A stretch of 64,000 nt of DNA from Candidatus Solibacter sp. (GTDB taxonomy: Bacteria; Chloroflexota; Dormibacteria; DASZGP01): NCBI GenBank assembly GCA_035569605.1, contig DATMMS010000005.1:212990-276989 (forward strand), in the 5' to 3' direction. Position numbers and translations under genes: made by a program. Below, in pieces: positions 50,931 through 64,000 of the stretch. Position 1 is the first letter of the stretch. Each line of letters starts with the position of its first letter. The notes under the pieces were generated by a model. It had not been told where the DNA came from, searched no databases, and was given only the letters and a program-made list of their open reading frames with translations.

Positions 50931-51530
50931 ATGAGCCAGGTCCAGGGCACCGCCCCGGGCCGAACGGGACCGGCGGCGACCACCACGATCGCCGGAATCA
51001 TCGTCATCGTCCTGGGGGTGGTGTTGGCGCTCTTCGGCGGCCTGGCGCTGTTGCTGACCGCCGTCTTTGCCGACCGGACCAACGGTGGCACGTTCGGCCA
51101 TGCCTTCGCGGAGATCTTCCTACCGCTCCTCTTCGTCCTCGTCGTGGTCGTGCTGATCGTCGGCGCCCTCGTCATATTCATGGGGGTGCGCATCCTGAAG
51201 CGGGGCAACGCCGCTCGCTGGACCGCGATCGTCGTGTTCGGTCTTTCCGCGCTGAGCTCGCTGGGATCCACCTCGCGAGGGTTCCAGACCACGGGAGGCA
51301 ACCGGTTCGGCGGCTTCTTCGTAAGCGCGCTGGTGGTCGTCCTGCTGCTGCTGCCGTCGACAGCTCAGGACTTCCGCGAAGCACGAGAGCGCCGCCTTGC
51401 CTCCAGAATCGTGCCGCCGGCGCCGCCATTGGCGCCGCCACCACCTCCGATGCCGCCACCGCCTTCCCAGGCGACTCTGCCGCCACCGCCAATGCCGCCG
51501 CCTGCGCCCGGAGCATCTCCGCCGCCATAA
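50931..51530 (+). CDS. hypothetical membrane protein with a proline-rich C-terminal tail
   Basis: Four hydrophobic helices followed by PPPMPPPP repeats. Confidence 0.45.
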   Translation: MSQVQGTAPGRTGPAATTTIAGIIVIVLGVVLALFGGLALLLTAVFADRTNGGTFGHAFAEIFLPLLFVLVVVVLIVGALVIFMGVRILKRGNAARWTAIVVFGLSALSSLGSTSRGFQTTGGNRFGGFFVSALVVVLLLLPSTAQDFREARERRLASRIVPPAPPLAPPPPPMPPPPSQATLPPPPMPPPAPGASPPP

Positions 51531-51537
51531 TCGACCG

Positions 51538-52835
51538 ATGCCCGCCGACCGATCGCGCACGCCTCAGAGAGTGCAGGGCATGCGTGATCTGCTTTTCGAC
51601 CAGACGCCAACCTGGGCCCTGCTTGAATCGGCCTCGCGGCTGACCGCTCAGCGCCACGGCTACCAGCGCGTGGTCACCCCGCTGCTGGAGGCGACCGAGC
51701 TCTTCGCCCACGCCGTCGGCCAGGGCACCGACATCGTCGACAAGGAGATGTACACCTTCACCGATCGCAGCGACCGGTCGCTGACGCTTAGGCCGGAGGC
51801 GACCGCGTCGGTGATGCGCGCCTACTTCGACGGCGGCCTGCACCAGGCGCCGCAACCGGTGCGGGTCTGGTACGAGGGGCCGATGTTCCGCTACGACCGT
51901 CCCCAGGCGGGGCGCTACCGCCAGTTCTTCCAGTTCGGCGCGGAGGCGGTCGGCGACGCCTCGCCCGGGCTCGACGTCGAGATGATCGAGATGGCGGGCG
52001 ACTGGCTCACCGCCGCCGGCGTCGAGGGCGTGACGCTGCAGTTGAACAGCGTCGGCGACGAGGTCTGCCGGCCGGCCTATCGCGAGGCTCTGCGGGACTA
52101 CTTCCGGCCCTACCTGTCGGAGATGTGCGAGGAGGACCGCCGGCGCTTCGAGATCAACCCGCTGCGGATGCTCGACTGCAAGAAGCCAAGCTGCACGCCG
52201 TTCCACGCCAGCGCGCCGCGGATCGACGAGCACCTATGCGACCCATGTCACGACCACCACGAGCGGGTCAAGGCGGGGCTGGCCGCACTCGGCATAGCCC
52301 ACGTGGACAACCCCAGACTGGTCCGCGGCCTCGACTACTACACCCGCACCGCCTTTGAGTTCTGGCACGAGGACCTGGAGGGCGCCCAGAACGCGCTGGG
52401 AGGCGGCGGCCGCTACGACGGCCTGGCCGAGGTGCTGGGTTTCGACCCGACCCCCGGCGTCGGATTCGCGATGGGATCCGACCGCGTCGTGCTGGCGCTG
52501 CAGCGCGCCGGCCGTGAGGTCTCCGCGGACGTCGTCGAGGTCTACCTGATCCCGGCCGCCGAGGGCGCCGACTCGGTGGTGTTGCAAGCCGCCCGTGACC
52601 TGCGGGGCGAGGGACGATCGGCGGTGGTCGACCACAGCGGACGAAGCCTCAAGGCGCGGATGCGCCGGGCGCAGAAGCTGGGGTCGCCCTGCGTTCTCAT
52701 CGTGGGTGACGACGAGATGGCCGCCGGGACGCTGACGCTGCGGGACATGGCCAGCGGAGAGCAGGTCAGCGTGCCCTCGTCTCAGCTGATCGAGCAGGTC
52801 GACTCGATCCTGGGCGTGCCCGCGGTGACCGGCGA

Positions 52836-52839
<4 letters not shown>
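51538..52839 (+). CDS. hisS: histidine--tRNA ligase
   Basis: N-terminus RVQGMRDLL aligns with the conserved HisRS start. Class II motifs are present. The tool's ORF at 51397 is over-extended upstream. Confidence 0.9.
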
Positions 52840-54617
<1,778 letters not shown>

Positions 54618-54648
54618 CCGGCGACGTGCTGGCCGGTCGCCTCCGCTG

Positions 54649-54894
54649 ATGCCTCCGGTAGTACTTCTCTTCGCCGCCGTGGTCCTGATCCTGACCCAGC
54701 TTTTTCACCTGCTTTCGCCGGGCAGGATCAGCTACCTTCGTCGCATTATCCTGACCACGGTGGGGGTGCTCTTGGGGGAGGCATTGGGGGGTCGCGTTCT
54801 TCCCGGCGGGCCGCGGTTTGGCGAGCTGCACCCGCTCTGGGATGCCGGATTCACCACCCTGTTTCAGCTGCTGGGCAACCGATACCTGGCGTGA
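54649..54894 (+). CDS. hypothetical small membrane protein
   Basis: Two TM helices. GTGA-coupled to the downstream yihY-like gene. Confidence 0.35.
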   Translation: MPPVVLLFAAVVLILTQLFHLLSPGRISYLRRIILTTVGVLLGEALGGRVLPGGPRFGELHPLWDAGFTTLFQLLGNRYLA

Positions 54895-55751
54895 CCTCGA
54901 TCCTCGACACCGCGAGAGGCTCGCTAGCGGGCCGGGTCGTGACCAAGTTCATCGCCGATCGAGCGTCGAACTGGGCTACCCAGATCGCCTGGAGCGCGCT
55001 GCTGTCGATGTTCCCGATCATCCTGATAGCCGTCGCCGCGCTGGGAGCGATCCTCAGCGTCGCGGGCCTGGGCGGAGAGCAGGTGCGCAGCAGCATCGCG
55101 TCGCTGTTTCCGGACCTGGCCGCCCAGCAGCAGGTTCAGACGGCGCTCGACACCTTCAAGCAGCAGACCGGGGCGCTGGCGGTGGTCGGCTTCGCCGGCC
55201 TCTTCCTGTCGGGCTCGGCGCTCTTCGGCACCATGGACCAGGCCTTTGCCGAGGTCTACGGTGTGCGTCCGAGGGCGCTGCTGCCCCAGCGGCTGATGTC
55301 GATCGGCATGATCCTGCTCTTCACCGTCCTGATCGGCCTCGACGTCGCCACCGGCAGCGTGCTGCCGGCCGTCAAGCACCTGGGCGACGTGCTCCCGAGC
55401 ATCCTGACCTCAGCCCCGGTTGCGTTCGTGCTCCAGCTCCTGGTCGGATTGGTGGCCGGTTTCGTGCTCTTCGCGGTCGTCTACTTCGTGGTCCCCAATC
55501 GACGCCAGCGATGGAACGAGGTGATCCCTGGCGCCGCCCTCGCCGCGGTCCTCCTGGAGCTGGTCACGCTGCTCTTCCCCCTCTACCTATCCCTCAACCA
55601 CCGGCTGGCGGCCTACGGTCAAACCTTTGGGCTGCTCTTCGTGCTGATGACGTTCTTCTTCTTCCTGGGGCTCATCACGATGGCGGGGGCGGAGTTGAAC
55701 AGCGTCGCGTTTCCGCACATCGCCGCGAAGCCCGGTAAGCGCACGCCCTGA
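54891..55751 (+). CDS. YihY/BrkB family membrane protein
   Basis: YihY N-terminal pattern and six TM helices. Confidence 0.75.
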   Translation: MTSILDTARGSLAGRVVTKFIADRASNWATQIAWSALLSMFPIILIAVAALGAILSVAGLGGEQVRSSIASLFPDLAAQQQVQTALDTFKQQTGALAVVGFAGLFLSGSALFGTMDQAFAEVYGVRPRALLPQRLMSIGMILLFTVLIGLDVATGSVLPAVKHLGDVLPSILTSAPVAFVLQLLVGLVAGFVLFAVVYFVVPNRRQRWNEVIPGAALAAVLLELVTLLFPLYLSLNHRLAAYGQTFGLLFVLMTFFFFLGLITMAGAELNSVAFPHIAAKPGKRTP

Positions 55752-55791
55752 CTGCAACAAAATTTGGACCCTTAAAGGCACGCGCGGTAAC

Positions 55792-56061
55792 ATGGGGCTG
55801 TCCGCCGGCGGCCGGGGTGACCGCAGCGACGACAGGAGGTTTCGTATGGCGCGTACCGGACCGGGGTTTGTGATCGGGGTAGTGGTCGGAGGTTTTGGTG
55901 GGTTCGCCGCCGGGTATCTCCTTTCTCGTAATGGCCATTCCGACGCCGACCATTCGATTGGCTCAATCGACCTCACCCCTGCGATCGAGCTCAAGAACCG
56001 CGTCCGCACCCCGATTGACCTTCCCGCCAAGCCCGAGAAGCCAGAAGAGAAGCCGGCCTGA
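55792..56061 (+). CDS. hypothetical small protein with one TM helix (usfY-like by position)
   Basis: ORF immediately upstream of the anti-sigma/sigma pair. GG-rich TM segment. Confidence 0.35.
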   Translation: MGLSAGGRGDRSDDRRFRMARTGPGFVIGVVVGGFGGFAAGYLLSRNGHSDADHSIGSIDLTPAIELKNRVRTPIDLPAKPEKPEEKPA

Positions 56062-56084
56062 GACCGGCGCCAGGGGTTGATGTC

Positions 56085-56675
56085 GTGACCCGGTCGCAGG
56101 GCGCCCTCGTCAGCGAGCTGAAGATCCCGGCTCAGGCGGCCTTCGTGATGGTTGCCAAGCGGGCCGCCAGCGCGCTGGGGTCTACCGCGGGGTTCTCCCT
56201 CGAGGGCATCGACGATCTCAACATCGCGGTGGCGCAGGCCTGTGAGAAGGCGATCGCCGCCGGAGACCGGATGTGGGGGCCCGGGAATGGTGTGCTCAAG
56301 CTCAGCTTCCGGATCGTCGACGGTGGGATGGAGGTGGAGGTTCGCAGCCTGCCCGCCCGGATGGGGTCGGCTGAGGAGGACGCCGTCCGCCACCAGGCCG
56401 AGCTGGCGCGCAAGGCCGAGTCGCTGCGCCGCACCGCCTTCCGGCTCTCGCAGGAGGTCGAGATCGAGCGCCGCCAGCGGCTGGCCGCGCAGCGCGAGGC
56501 GCGCGCGATGCGAACGGCGCAACAGCCCGCCGGCGTGGCAGCCGCCGGGGAATCCGACGTTGACCTTGAGGACGTGGCCGTCAACATGATCCGAATGTTC
56601 GTCGACGAGCTCCGCTACAACGTGGACTCGCATGGCAGCATGCGGATGAGGATGGTCAAGTACCTCGTCGACTGA
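56085..56675 (+). CDS. RsbW/UsfX-like anti-sigma factor with degenerate GHKL fold and a ~60-aa charged insert
   Basis: N-terminal half aligns with RsbW (LKIPAQAAFVMVAKRAASALG...IDDLNIAVAQACEKAI). No recognisable G1/G2 glycine boxes. The C-terminal end MVKYL is RsbW-like. Confidence 0.6.
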   Translation: MTRSQGALVSELKIPAQAAFVMVAKRAASALGSTAGFSLEGIDDLNIAVAQACEKAIAAGDRMWGPGNGVLKLSFRIVDGGMEVEVRSLPARMGSAEEDAVRHQAELARKAESLRRTAFRLSQEVEIERRQRLAAQREARAMRTAQQPAGVAAAGESDVDLEDVAVNMIRMFVDELRYNVDSHGSMRMRMVKYLVD

Positions 56676-56773
56676 GCCCCGAGGAACCTCCCCGCAGCTC
56701 CGTCGCCGAGCGTCAGCGCGAACTACTCGCGCGGTACCACGAGACCAGGGACCCCGCCATCAGGCAGCAGCTG

Positions 56774-57451
56774 GTGGAGGCCTACACCAACCTCGTGTAT
56801 TTCCTGGCCCGAAAGTTCGCCAACCGCGGCGAGCCTTTCGAGGACGTCGCCCAGGTCGGCTTCATGGGACTGCTGCTGGCGCTCGACCGCTTCGAGCCCG
56901 AGCGCGGCCTCGAGTTCACTACCTTCGCCACGCCCACCATCGTCGGAGAGATCAAGCGCTACTTCCGGGATAAGAGCTGGGCGGTGCGCATCCCGCGCCG
57001 GCTGCAGGAGCTGAACCAGCGGGCGCGCCAGGCGGGGGAGAAGTTGCAGAACCAGCTCGGCCGGGCCCCCAGCGTCCAGGAGCTGGCCGCCGAGCTGGGC
57101 GTCTCCGAGGAGGAGATCCTGGAGGCCTACGAGGCCGGCCCGGTGCAGCAGACGGTGCCCCTCGATTCGACCAGCGCCACGCCCACGGGGGATGAGGGCC
57201 TGTCGCTCTCCGAGCGGCTGGGTGGCGAGGATGAGAACCTCCAGAGGGTCGAACTGCAGGGACTGCTGGACTCCGCGATGACCCATCTGACTCCGCGCGA
57301 GCGCGAGATCATGTACCTGCGCTTTGTCGAGGAGCTGCCCCAGAGCGAGGTGGCTCGACGGCTGGGAATCTCCCAAATGCACGTTTCCCGGCTCCAGCGC
57401 GCCGCCGTCGACAGCCTCAAGCGGCAGCTGGAGGCTTCGGCCAGCGTCTGA
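56774..57451 (+). CDS. group 3 (SigB/SigF-type) RNA polymerase sigma factor; minimal coordinates from the first canonical start codon
   Basis: Regions 2-4 are conserved (ARKF...FATPTIVGEIKRYFRD; C-terminal HTH EVARRLGISQMHVSRLQR). A conserved N-terminal region (ERQRELLARYHETRDPAIRQQL) continues in frame upstream back to 56570, with no ATG/GTG/TTG. A CTG lies at 56672. Confidence 0.85.
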   Translation: MEAYTNLVYFLARKFANRGEPFEDVAQVGFMGLLLALDRFEPERGLEFTTFATPTIVGEIKRYFRDKSWAVRIPRRLQELNQRARQAGEKLQNQLGRAPSVQELAAELGVSEEEILEAYEAGPVQQTVPLDSTSATPTGDEGLSLSERLGGEDENLQRVELQGLLDSAMTHLTPREREIMYLRFVEELPQSEVARRLGISQMHVSRLQRAAVDSLKRQLEASASV

Positions 57452-57535
57452 CGCAAGGCGTTCGCGACTTCGCGCGGCGCCGGATTTTGTATTCGGCTCA
57501 GGCCCGATCCTCTGCTAGGATGCACCCAACGCCCG

Positions 57536-60108
<2,573 letters not shown>

Positions 60109-60112
<4 letters not shown>

Positions 60113-61362
60113 AGCGCTTCCTCAACCGGCGCAACCAGGCCGCCAACCACTACACCGCGCTAGACATCGGCACCGAGTACATCAAGGCGCTGATCATCCG
60201 GCGCGAGGGTGACAACGGCATCGTGCTCGGGGTCGGCCGCCAGCAGCAGTCCTACTCGGACATGGTCTCGGGCGCGGTCGCCGACATCCAGGCGGTGATC
60301 GACAACTGCAACCACGCCCTGGAGCAGGCCGAGGACATGGCCGAGGCCATCCCCGGCCGCGCCGTCATCGGGATCGCCGGCGAGCAGGTGAAGGGCTTCT
60401 CGACGTCGGTGACGGTGCCGCGCCAGGACCCCGGCCAGCGCATCAACCGGGTCGAGCTGCAGAACACCCTGGAGATGGTGCAGAAGCGGGCGATGCGCGA
60501 GGCCGCCCACCTGATGGGGGAGGAGCTTGGCGTCCCCGAGGTCAACCTGAAGCTGATCCACTCCACCATCACGACCGTGCGCATTGACGGCTACCTGGTC
60601 ACCAACCCCATGGACTTCCAGGGCCGGTCGATGGAGATCACGGTCTTCAACACCTTCGCGCCGCTGACCCACATCGGTGCGCTCCAGACCATCGCCGCCG
60701 AGCTGGACCTGGAGCTGATCGCGACGGTGGCCGAGCCCTTCGCGATGGCCCGCTGCTGCGCCACCGACGAGGTCTACGAGTTCGGCGGCATCTTCGTCGA
60801 CGTCGGCGGCGGCACCACCGACGTGGCCCTGATCCGCAACGGCGGGATCGAGGGCACCAAGATGTTCACCATCGGGGGCCGCGTCTTCACCAAGAAGATC
60901 GCCGCCCACCTCAACATGAGCTTTGTCGAGGCCGAGGACCTCAAGGTCCGCTATTCCCGCGGCGAGGTTTCGGAGGATCGTGTCAAGCAGCTGCGGTCGC
61001 TGCTGGCGCCTGACGCCGAGGTCCTGGTGAACGGCGTGGCGCTGACGCTGCAGCAGCTGGCCAAGGCCGACCGGCTGCCCTCCAACATCTACCTGGCAGG
61101 GGGTGGAAGCGCCCTTCCCGAGATCGAGGAGTACCTCAACTCCTACCCCTGGATGGAGCGGCTGCCGTTCCCCAAGCAGCCGGCGGTAAGGGCGCTGGCG
61201 CCGACGGACGTACGTAACATCTACGATTCCACAGGATTACTTCTGAACCAGCAGGACATCACCCCCATGGGCCTGGGCTACCAGGCGATCCAGGAGGACG
61301 AAGGGGAGAAGGACCTGCTCTACAGCACCATGCGACGCATCATGCGCGCGATGAAGGTTTGA
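60109..61362 (+). CDS. FtsA-like actin-fold ATPase with C-terminal amphipathic helix
   Basis: ASKHA motifs: phosphate-1 LDIGTEYIKALI, phosphate-2 VDVGGGTTDVAL, adenosine LAGGGSALPEI. SHS2-type insert present. C-terminal LLYSTMRRIMRAMKV. ATGA-coupled to alaS. Confidence 0.75.
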
Positions 61363-61371
61363 CCTGAAGCC

Positions 61372-62979
61372 ATGTCGAAGCTGATCTACGCCGAACCGGA
61401 CGACGAGATAACCAATCTCGTCGACCGGCTGCGCTCGGAGAAGGCCGAGAAGGAGCTGGTCTTCGTCCTGCCCGGCGCCTCTCGGGTGATGCATTCGAAC
61501 CTCAACGCCAGGCTTCTCAAGCAGTACAGCAACTCGCTGGGCAAGACGACGTCGGTGATCAGCCCGGACCCGCGCACCCAGTCGATCGCGATCGAGACCG
61601 GGTTCTCGGTGTTTCCGACGATGGCCGCATTCGAGTCGGGCAAGGCTCTCGATCGCGCCGTCGACAGCAGCTCGGCAGCAGAGCCCGCCGGGATCCTAGC
61701 GCCCCTTCCCGCCGCCGCCGACCCTTCGTTTGGCGCGCCATCGGCGTCCATGGGTCGCGCTGCGCCGCCACCCGCCCCGGTCCGGACCCCACGTCCCAAG
61801 CCGGAGCCCCGCACCCTTCCTGCTGTGACCGGTGGGCGCGCCGGCTACCTGCCGTACGTACTGGGTGGGGTCGGGGTGCTCCTGATCCTGATCATCCTGG
61901 GGCTGTTCGTGCTGCCTTCGGCGACGGTGCAGATCGTGATCCCGGCGCGGGCGATCGCCGCGCAACCCACGGTGACCGGCCAGACCGCGGCGCCTGGTCC
62001 GAGCGACAGCGCGACGGTGCAGACGACCATCCAGCAAGGCCAGGAGCAGATGCAGCAGGCGAACATCCCGTCGACCGGGCAGAAGACCATCCCCGCGGCC
62101 CCGGCTACCGGTAACGTCGTGTTCACGTACACCAATCCGGGGATCGCCTTGGGCTTCGACCTCCCCAAGGGCACGGAAGTCACCACCGACGACGGCAAGA
62201 AATACCAGACCCAGGCAGACAGCGGCAACATCGGCCGAAATCAGAGCTCACCGCCGATACCGGTCGCCGCCGAGACCGGCGGCGCCTCCACCAACACTCC
62301 CGCCGGGTCGATCAAGAACATCACCGGTAACCCCAACCCGGACCAGCTGAAGGTCACCAACCCCAGCGACGTCACCGGCGGCGCCGACGCCACTCAGCAG
62401 ACGGTGGTCTCCCAGACCGACCAGGACAAGGTCAAGAAGACCCTCGGCGACCAGCTGACCACCAAGGTCCAGGCCGACCTGCAGAAGACCGCGGGCAGCC
62501 AGCGGCTGCTCGCCGAGACGCTGGTGGTCAGCGTCGACGCCAGCTACGACCACAAGCCCGGCGACAATGTGCCCAATTTCACAGCCACGGTGACAGTCAA
62601 GGCCAGCGAGACCAGCCTCGACGACGCCAAGGTCAAGCAAGTCCTCACCGACGCGCTCAAGAAGCAGGCCCCGGCCGGCTACACCCTCATCGACACGCCC
62701 AAGCCAAAGCTCGCCTACACCGTGGCCCAGCACGACGACAAGGGCGGAGTCATCCTCAACGGGACCGCCTCGGGCTTCATGGCCACCGCCATCAACAAGG
62801 ACGACATCCGCACCCACATCACCGGCAAATCGATCAAGCAGGCGCGCGCCTACATCCAGGGCAACCTCGACTCCAGCAACGTGATCATCACCGAGAGCCC
62901 CTCGCTGGTGCCGTGGCTGCCTTTCATGTCGAGCCGGATCTCTGTCAACACCACCGTGGAAAACGCCACGCCCGGATGA
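61372..62979 (+). CDS. bitopic membrane protein: ~100-aa cytoplasmic N-domain, Pro/Ala linker, one TM, ~335-aa Thr/Gln-rich extracytoplasmic domain
   Basis: Starts 10 nt after the FtsA-like gene. TM segment YLPYVLGGVGVLLILIILGLFVLP. Its stop overlaps the ruvX start (ATGA). Confidence 0.5.
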   Translation: MSKLIYAEPDDEITNLVDRLRSEKAEKELVFVLPGASRVMHSNLNARLLKQYSNSLGKTTSVISPDPRTQSIAIETGFSVFPTMAAFESGKALDRAVDSSSAAEPAGILAPLPAAADPSFGAPSASMGRAAPPPAPVRTPRPKPEPRTLPAVTGGRAGYLPYVLGGVGVLLILIILGLFVLPSATVQIVIPARAIAAQPTVTGQTAAPGPSDSATVQTTIQQGQEQMQQANIPSTGQKTIPAAPATGNVVFTYTNPGIALGFDLPKGTEVTTDDGKKYQTQADSGNIGRNQSSPPIPVAAETGGASTNTPAGSIKNITGNPNPDQLKVTNPSDVTGGADATQQTVVSQTDQDKVKKTLGDQLTTKVQADLQKTAGSQRLLAETLVVSVDASYDHKPGDNVPNFTATVTVKASETSLDDAKVKQVLTDALKKQAPAGYTLIDTPKPKLAYTVAQHDDKGGVILNGTASGFMATAINKDDIRTHITGKSIKQARAYIQGNLDSSNVIITESPSLVPWLPFMSSRISVNTTVENATPG

Positions 62980-63422
62980 GGGTGCTGGCGGTCGACCCCG
63001 GTCGGGTGAGGGTCGGCCTGGCCTTGAGCGACGAAGGCGCCCGGTTGGCGACTCCGCACTCCACGCTCCCGGGCGGAGCCGGGCTGGCCACCCGCATCGT
63101 CGAGGTCGCCGAGGACGCCGGCGCGGGAACCATCGTGGTCGGCCTCCCCCGGCGTCTCGACGGCACCGAGGGCTTGGAGGCCGAAGCTGCTCGGGCGCTG
63201 GCGGCCGAGATCTCGGCGACGAGCGGACTTGCCGTGGAGCTGTGGGACGAGCGCTTCACCAGCTCGATGGCCGAGGCAGCGCTCAAGATCTCGCGACCGA
63301 GGCGGGGCGCCAAGGTCGCCGGCGCCCGTCGCGAGGCCGCCGACCGGGTCGCCGCCGCGGTCCTGCTCCAGTCTTATCTCGATCGGCGCCAAGCCGCCCC
63401 CGAAAAAGCAGCTCCTCAGTGA
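62976..63422 (+). CDS. ruvX: Holliday junction resolvase-like RuvX/YqgF
   Basis: MRVLAVDPGRVRVGLALSDE RNase H-like motif. ATG 62976 chosen. Confidence 0.85.
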   Translation: MRVLAVDPGRVRVGLALSDEGARLATPHSTLPGGAGLATRIVEVAEDAGAGTIVVGLPRRLDGTEGLEAEAARALAAEISATSGLAVELWDERFTSSMAEAALKISRPRRGAKVAGARREAADRVAAAVLLQSYLDRRQAAPEKAAPQ

Positions 63423-64000
63423 ACCCGGGCCGGACGTTCGCCATCGCGGCGGCCATCGCCCTACTCCTGATCGGCGGTGGGGCGTTTGCCGCCAACCGGG
63501 CCTACAACAGCCAGGTCTACGACGCCCGCCGCGCCGGCCAGGGCGTCGCGCTGGTGGACATCCCGGCGGGCGCGAGCGTCTCCGAGATCGGCGACATCCT
63601 GTCGCGGCAGGGGCTGATCGGAAGCACCCTGGCCTTCGAGATCTACGTCCGCGCCAACGGATTGGCCAACCGGCTCGAGGCGGGCCACTACCGCATTCGT
63701 GGCGGGCTGAGCATGGCGGCCACGCTGGACCTGCTCACGCACGCCGCCGGCGCCCAGGTGCGGGTCACCGTGCCCGAGGGTTTCACCGAGAAACAGATCG
63801 CGCAGCTGATGGAGAAGAAAGGGCTGTTCAACGCGACCGCGTTCCTCGACGCCGCCAACAAGGGGACGTACACCCAGCCCTACCTGGCCGGCAGGCCGGC
63901 CGGCTACGGTCTCGAGGGATACCTCTTCCCGGACACTTACTTCCTGGACCCCAAGGCCACGCCGGCCGAAGTGATCAGCGTCCTTCTCGAGGACTTCGGC
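63419..64000 (+). CDS. mltG: endolytic murein transglycosylase MltG (YceG-like), 3' end outside the window
   Basis: GTG start overlaps the ruvX stop. N-terminal TM segment and the hallmark motif EGYLFPDTY. The frame is open to the window end. Confidence 0.85.
   Translation, partial: MNPGRTFAIAAAIALLLIGGGAFAANRAYNSQVYDARRAGQGVALVDIPAGASVSEIGDILSRQGLIGSTLAFEIYVRANGLANRLEAGHYRIRGGLSMAATLDLLTHAAGAQVRVTVPEGFTEKQIAQLMEKKGLFNATAFLDAANKGTYTQPYLAGRPAGYGLEGYLFPDTYFLDPKATPAEVISVLLEDFG

Noticed and set aside
51397-51537. Upstream extension of hisS (the ORF from 51397) and the Pro-codon repeat DNA at 51400-51530, considered as a tandem repeat or CRISPR-like array
   Set aside because: The repeats are CCG/CCA proline-codon runs that encode the PPPMPPPP tail of the upstream membrane protein. 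There is no spacer/repeat periodicity. The hisS conserved N-terminus begins at 51538.
57452-57535. T-box or other leader upstream of alaS (also checked for hisS, aspS and proS)
   Set aside because: The intergenic spaces are under 100 nt and lack specifier/T-box conserved sequence. The aaRS genes here are tightly coupled to upstream genes.

Overview
This is a high-GC (about 70%) bacterial chromosomal window that is almost entirely core housekeeping genes, with Firmicutes-like gene order. There is no CRISPR, rRNA, transposase or obvious defence island.

In order along the window:
- The 3' end of a sensor histidine kinase, then tRNA-Leu(GAG).
- A small accessory cluster: a ThDP-dependent enzyme, an FlK-like thioesterase, an acetyltransferase and a Zn peptidase.
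- rlmN, then an FMN riboswitch driving ribD-ribE-ribBA-ribH.
- A convergent PIG-V-like GT-C membrane glycosyltransferase.
- rpmB, divergent from an Asp23 / DAK2(YloV) / DegV / recG / rsmD / coaD block.
- A coiled-coil protein, then rpmF-fabD-fabG-acpP-rnc-smc-ftsY, and ylxM-ffh-rpsP-KH-rimM-trmD-rplS-rnhB-yraN-comM-dprA-topA.
- rpsB-tsf-pyrH-frr, then uppS-cdsA-dxr-rseP-ispG-proS.
- A minus-strand DUF222/HNH endonuclease, then relA/spoT, a NUDIX hydrolase, hisS-aspS and yihY.
- A usfY-like small gene, an RsbW-like anti-sigma gene and a SigB/F-type sigma factor.
- An alaS-[FtsA-like ATPase]-[bitopic membrane protein]-ruvX-mltG operon that runs off the 3' end of the window.

The most interesting candidate for something new is the translationally coupled pair of an orphan FtsA-like actin-fold ATPase and a 535-aa single-TM membrane protein. 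The pair is inserted between alaS and ruvX-mltG and is not next to ftsZ or ftsQ.

Other observations worth checking:
- An 875-aa SMC that appears hinge-less.
- A sigma factor whose conserved N-terminus has no canonical start codon; a CTG overlaps the anti-sigma stop.
- An RsbW-like anti-sigma factor lacking G-boxes, carrying a charged insert, with no STAS partner.
- A solitary 13E12-type DUF222-HNH gene.
- A histone-tail-like membrane protein coupled to topA.

Many long antisense ORFs in the six-frame track are high-GC artefacts that overlap conserved genes.
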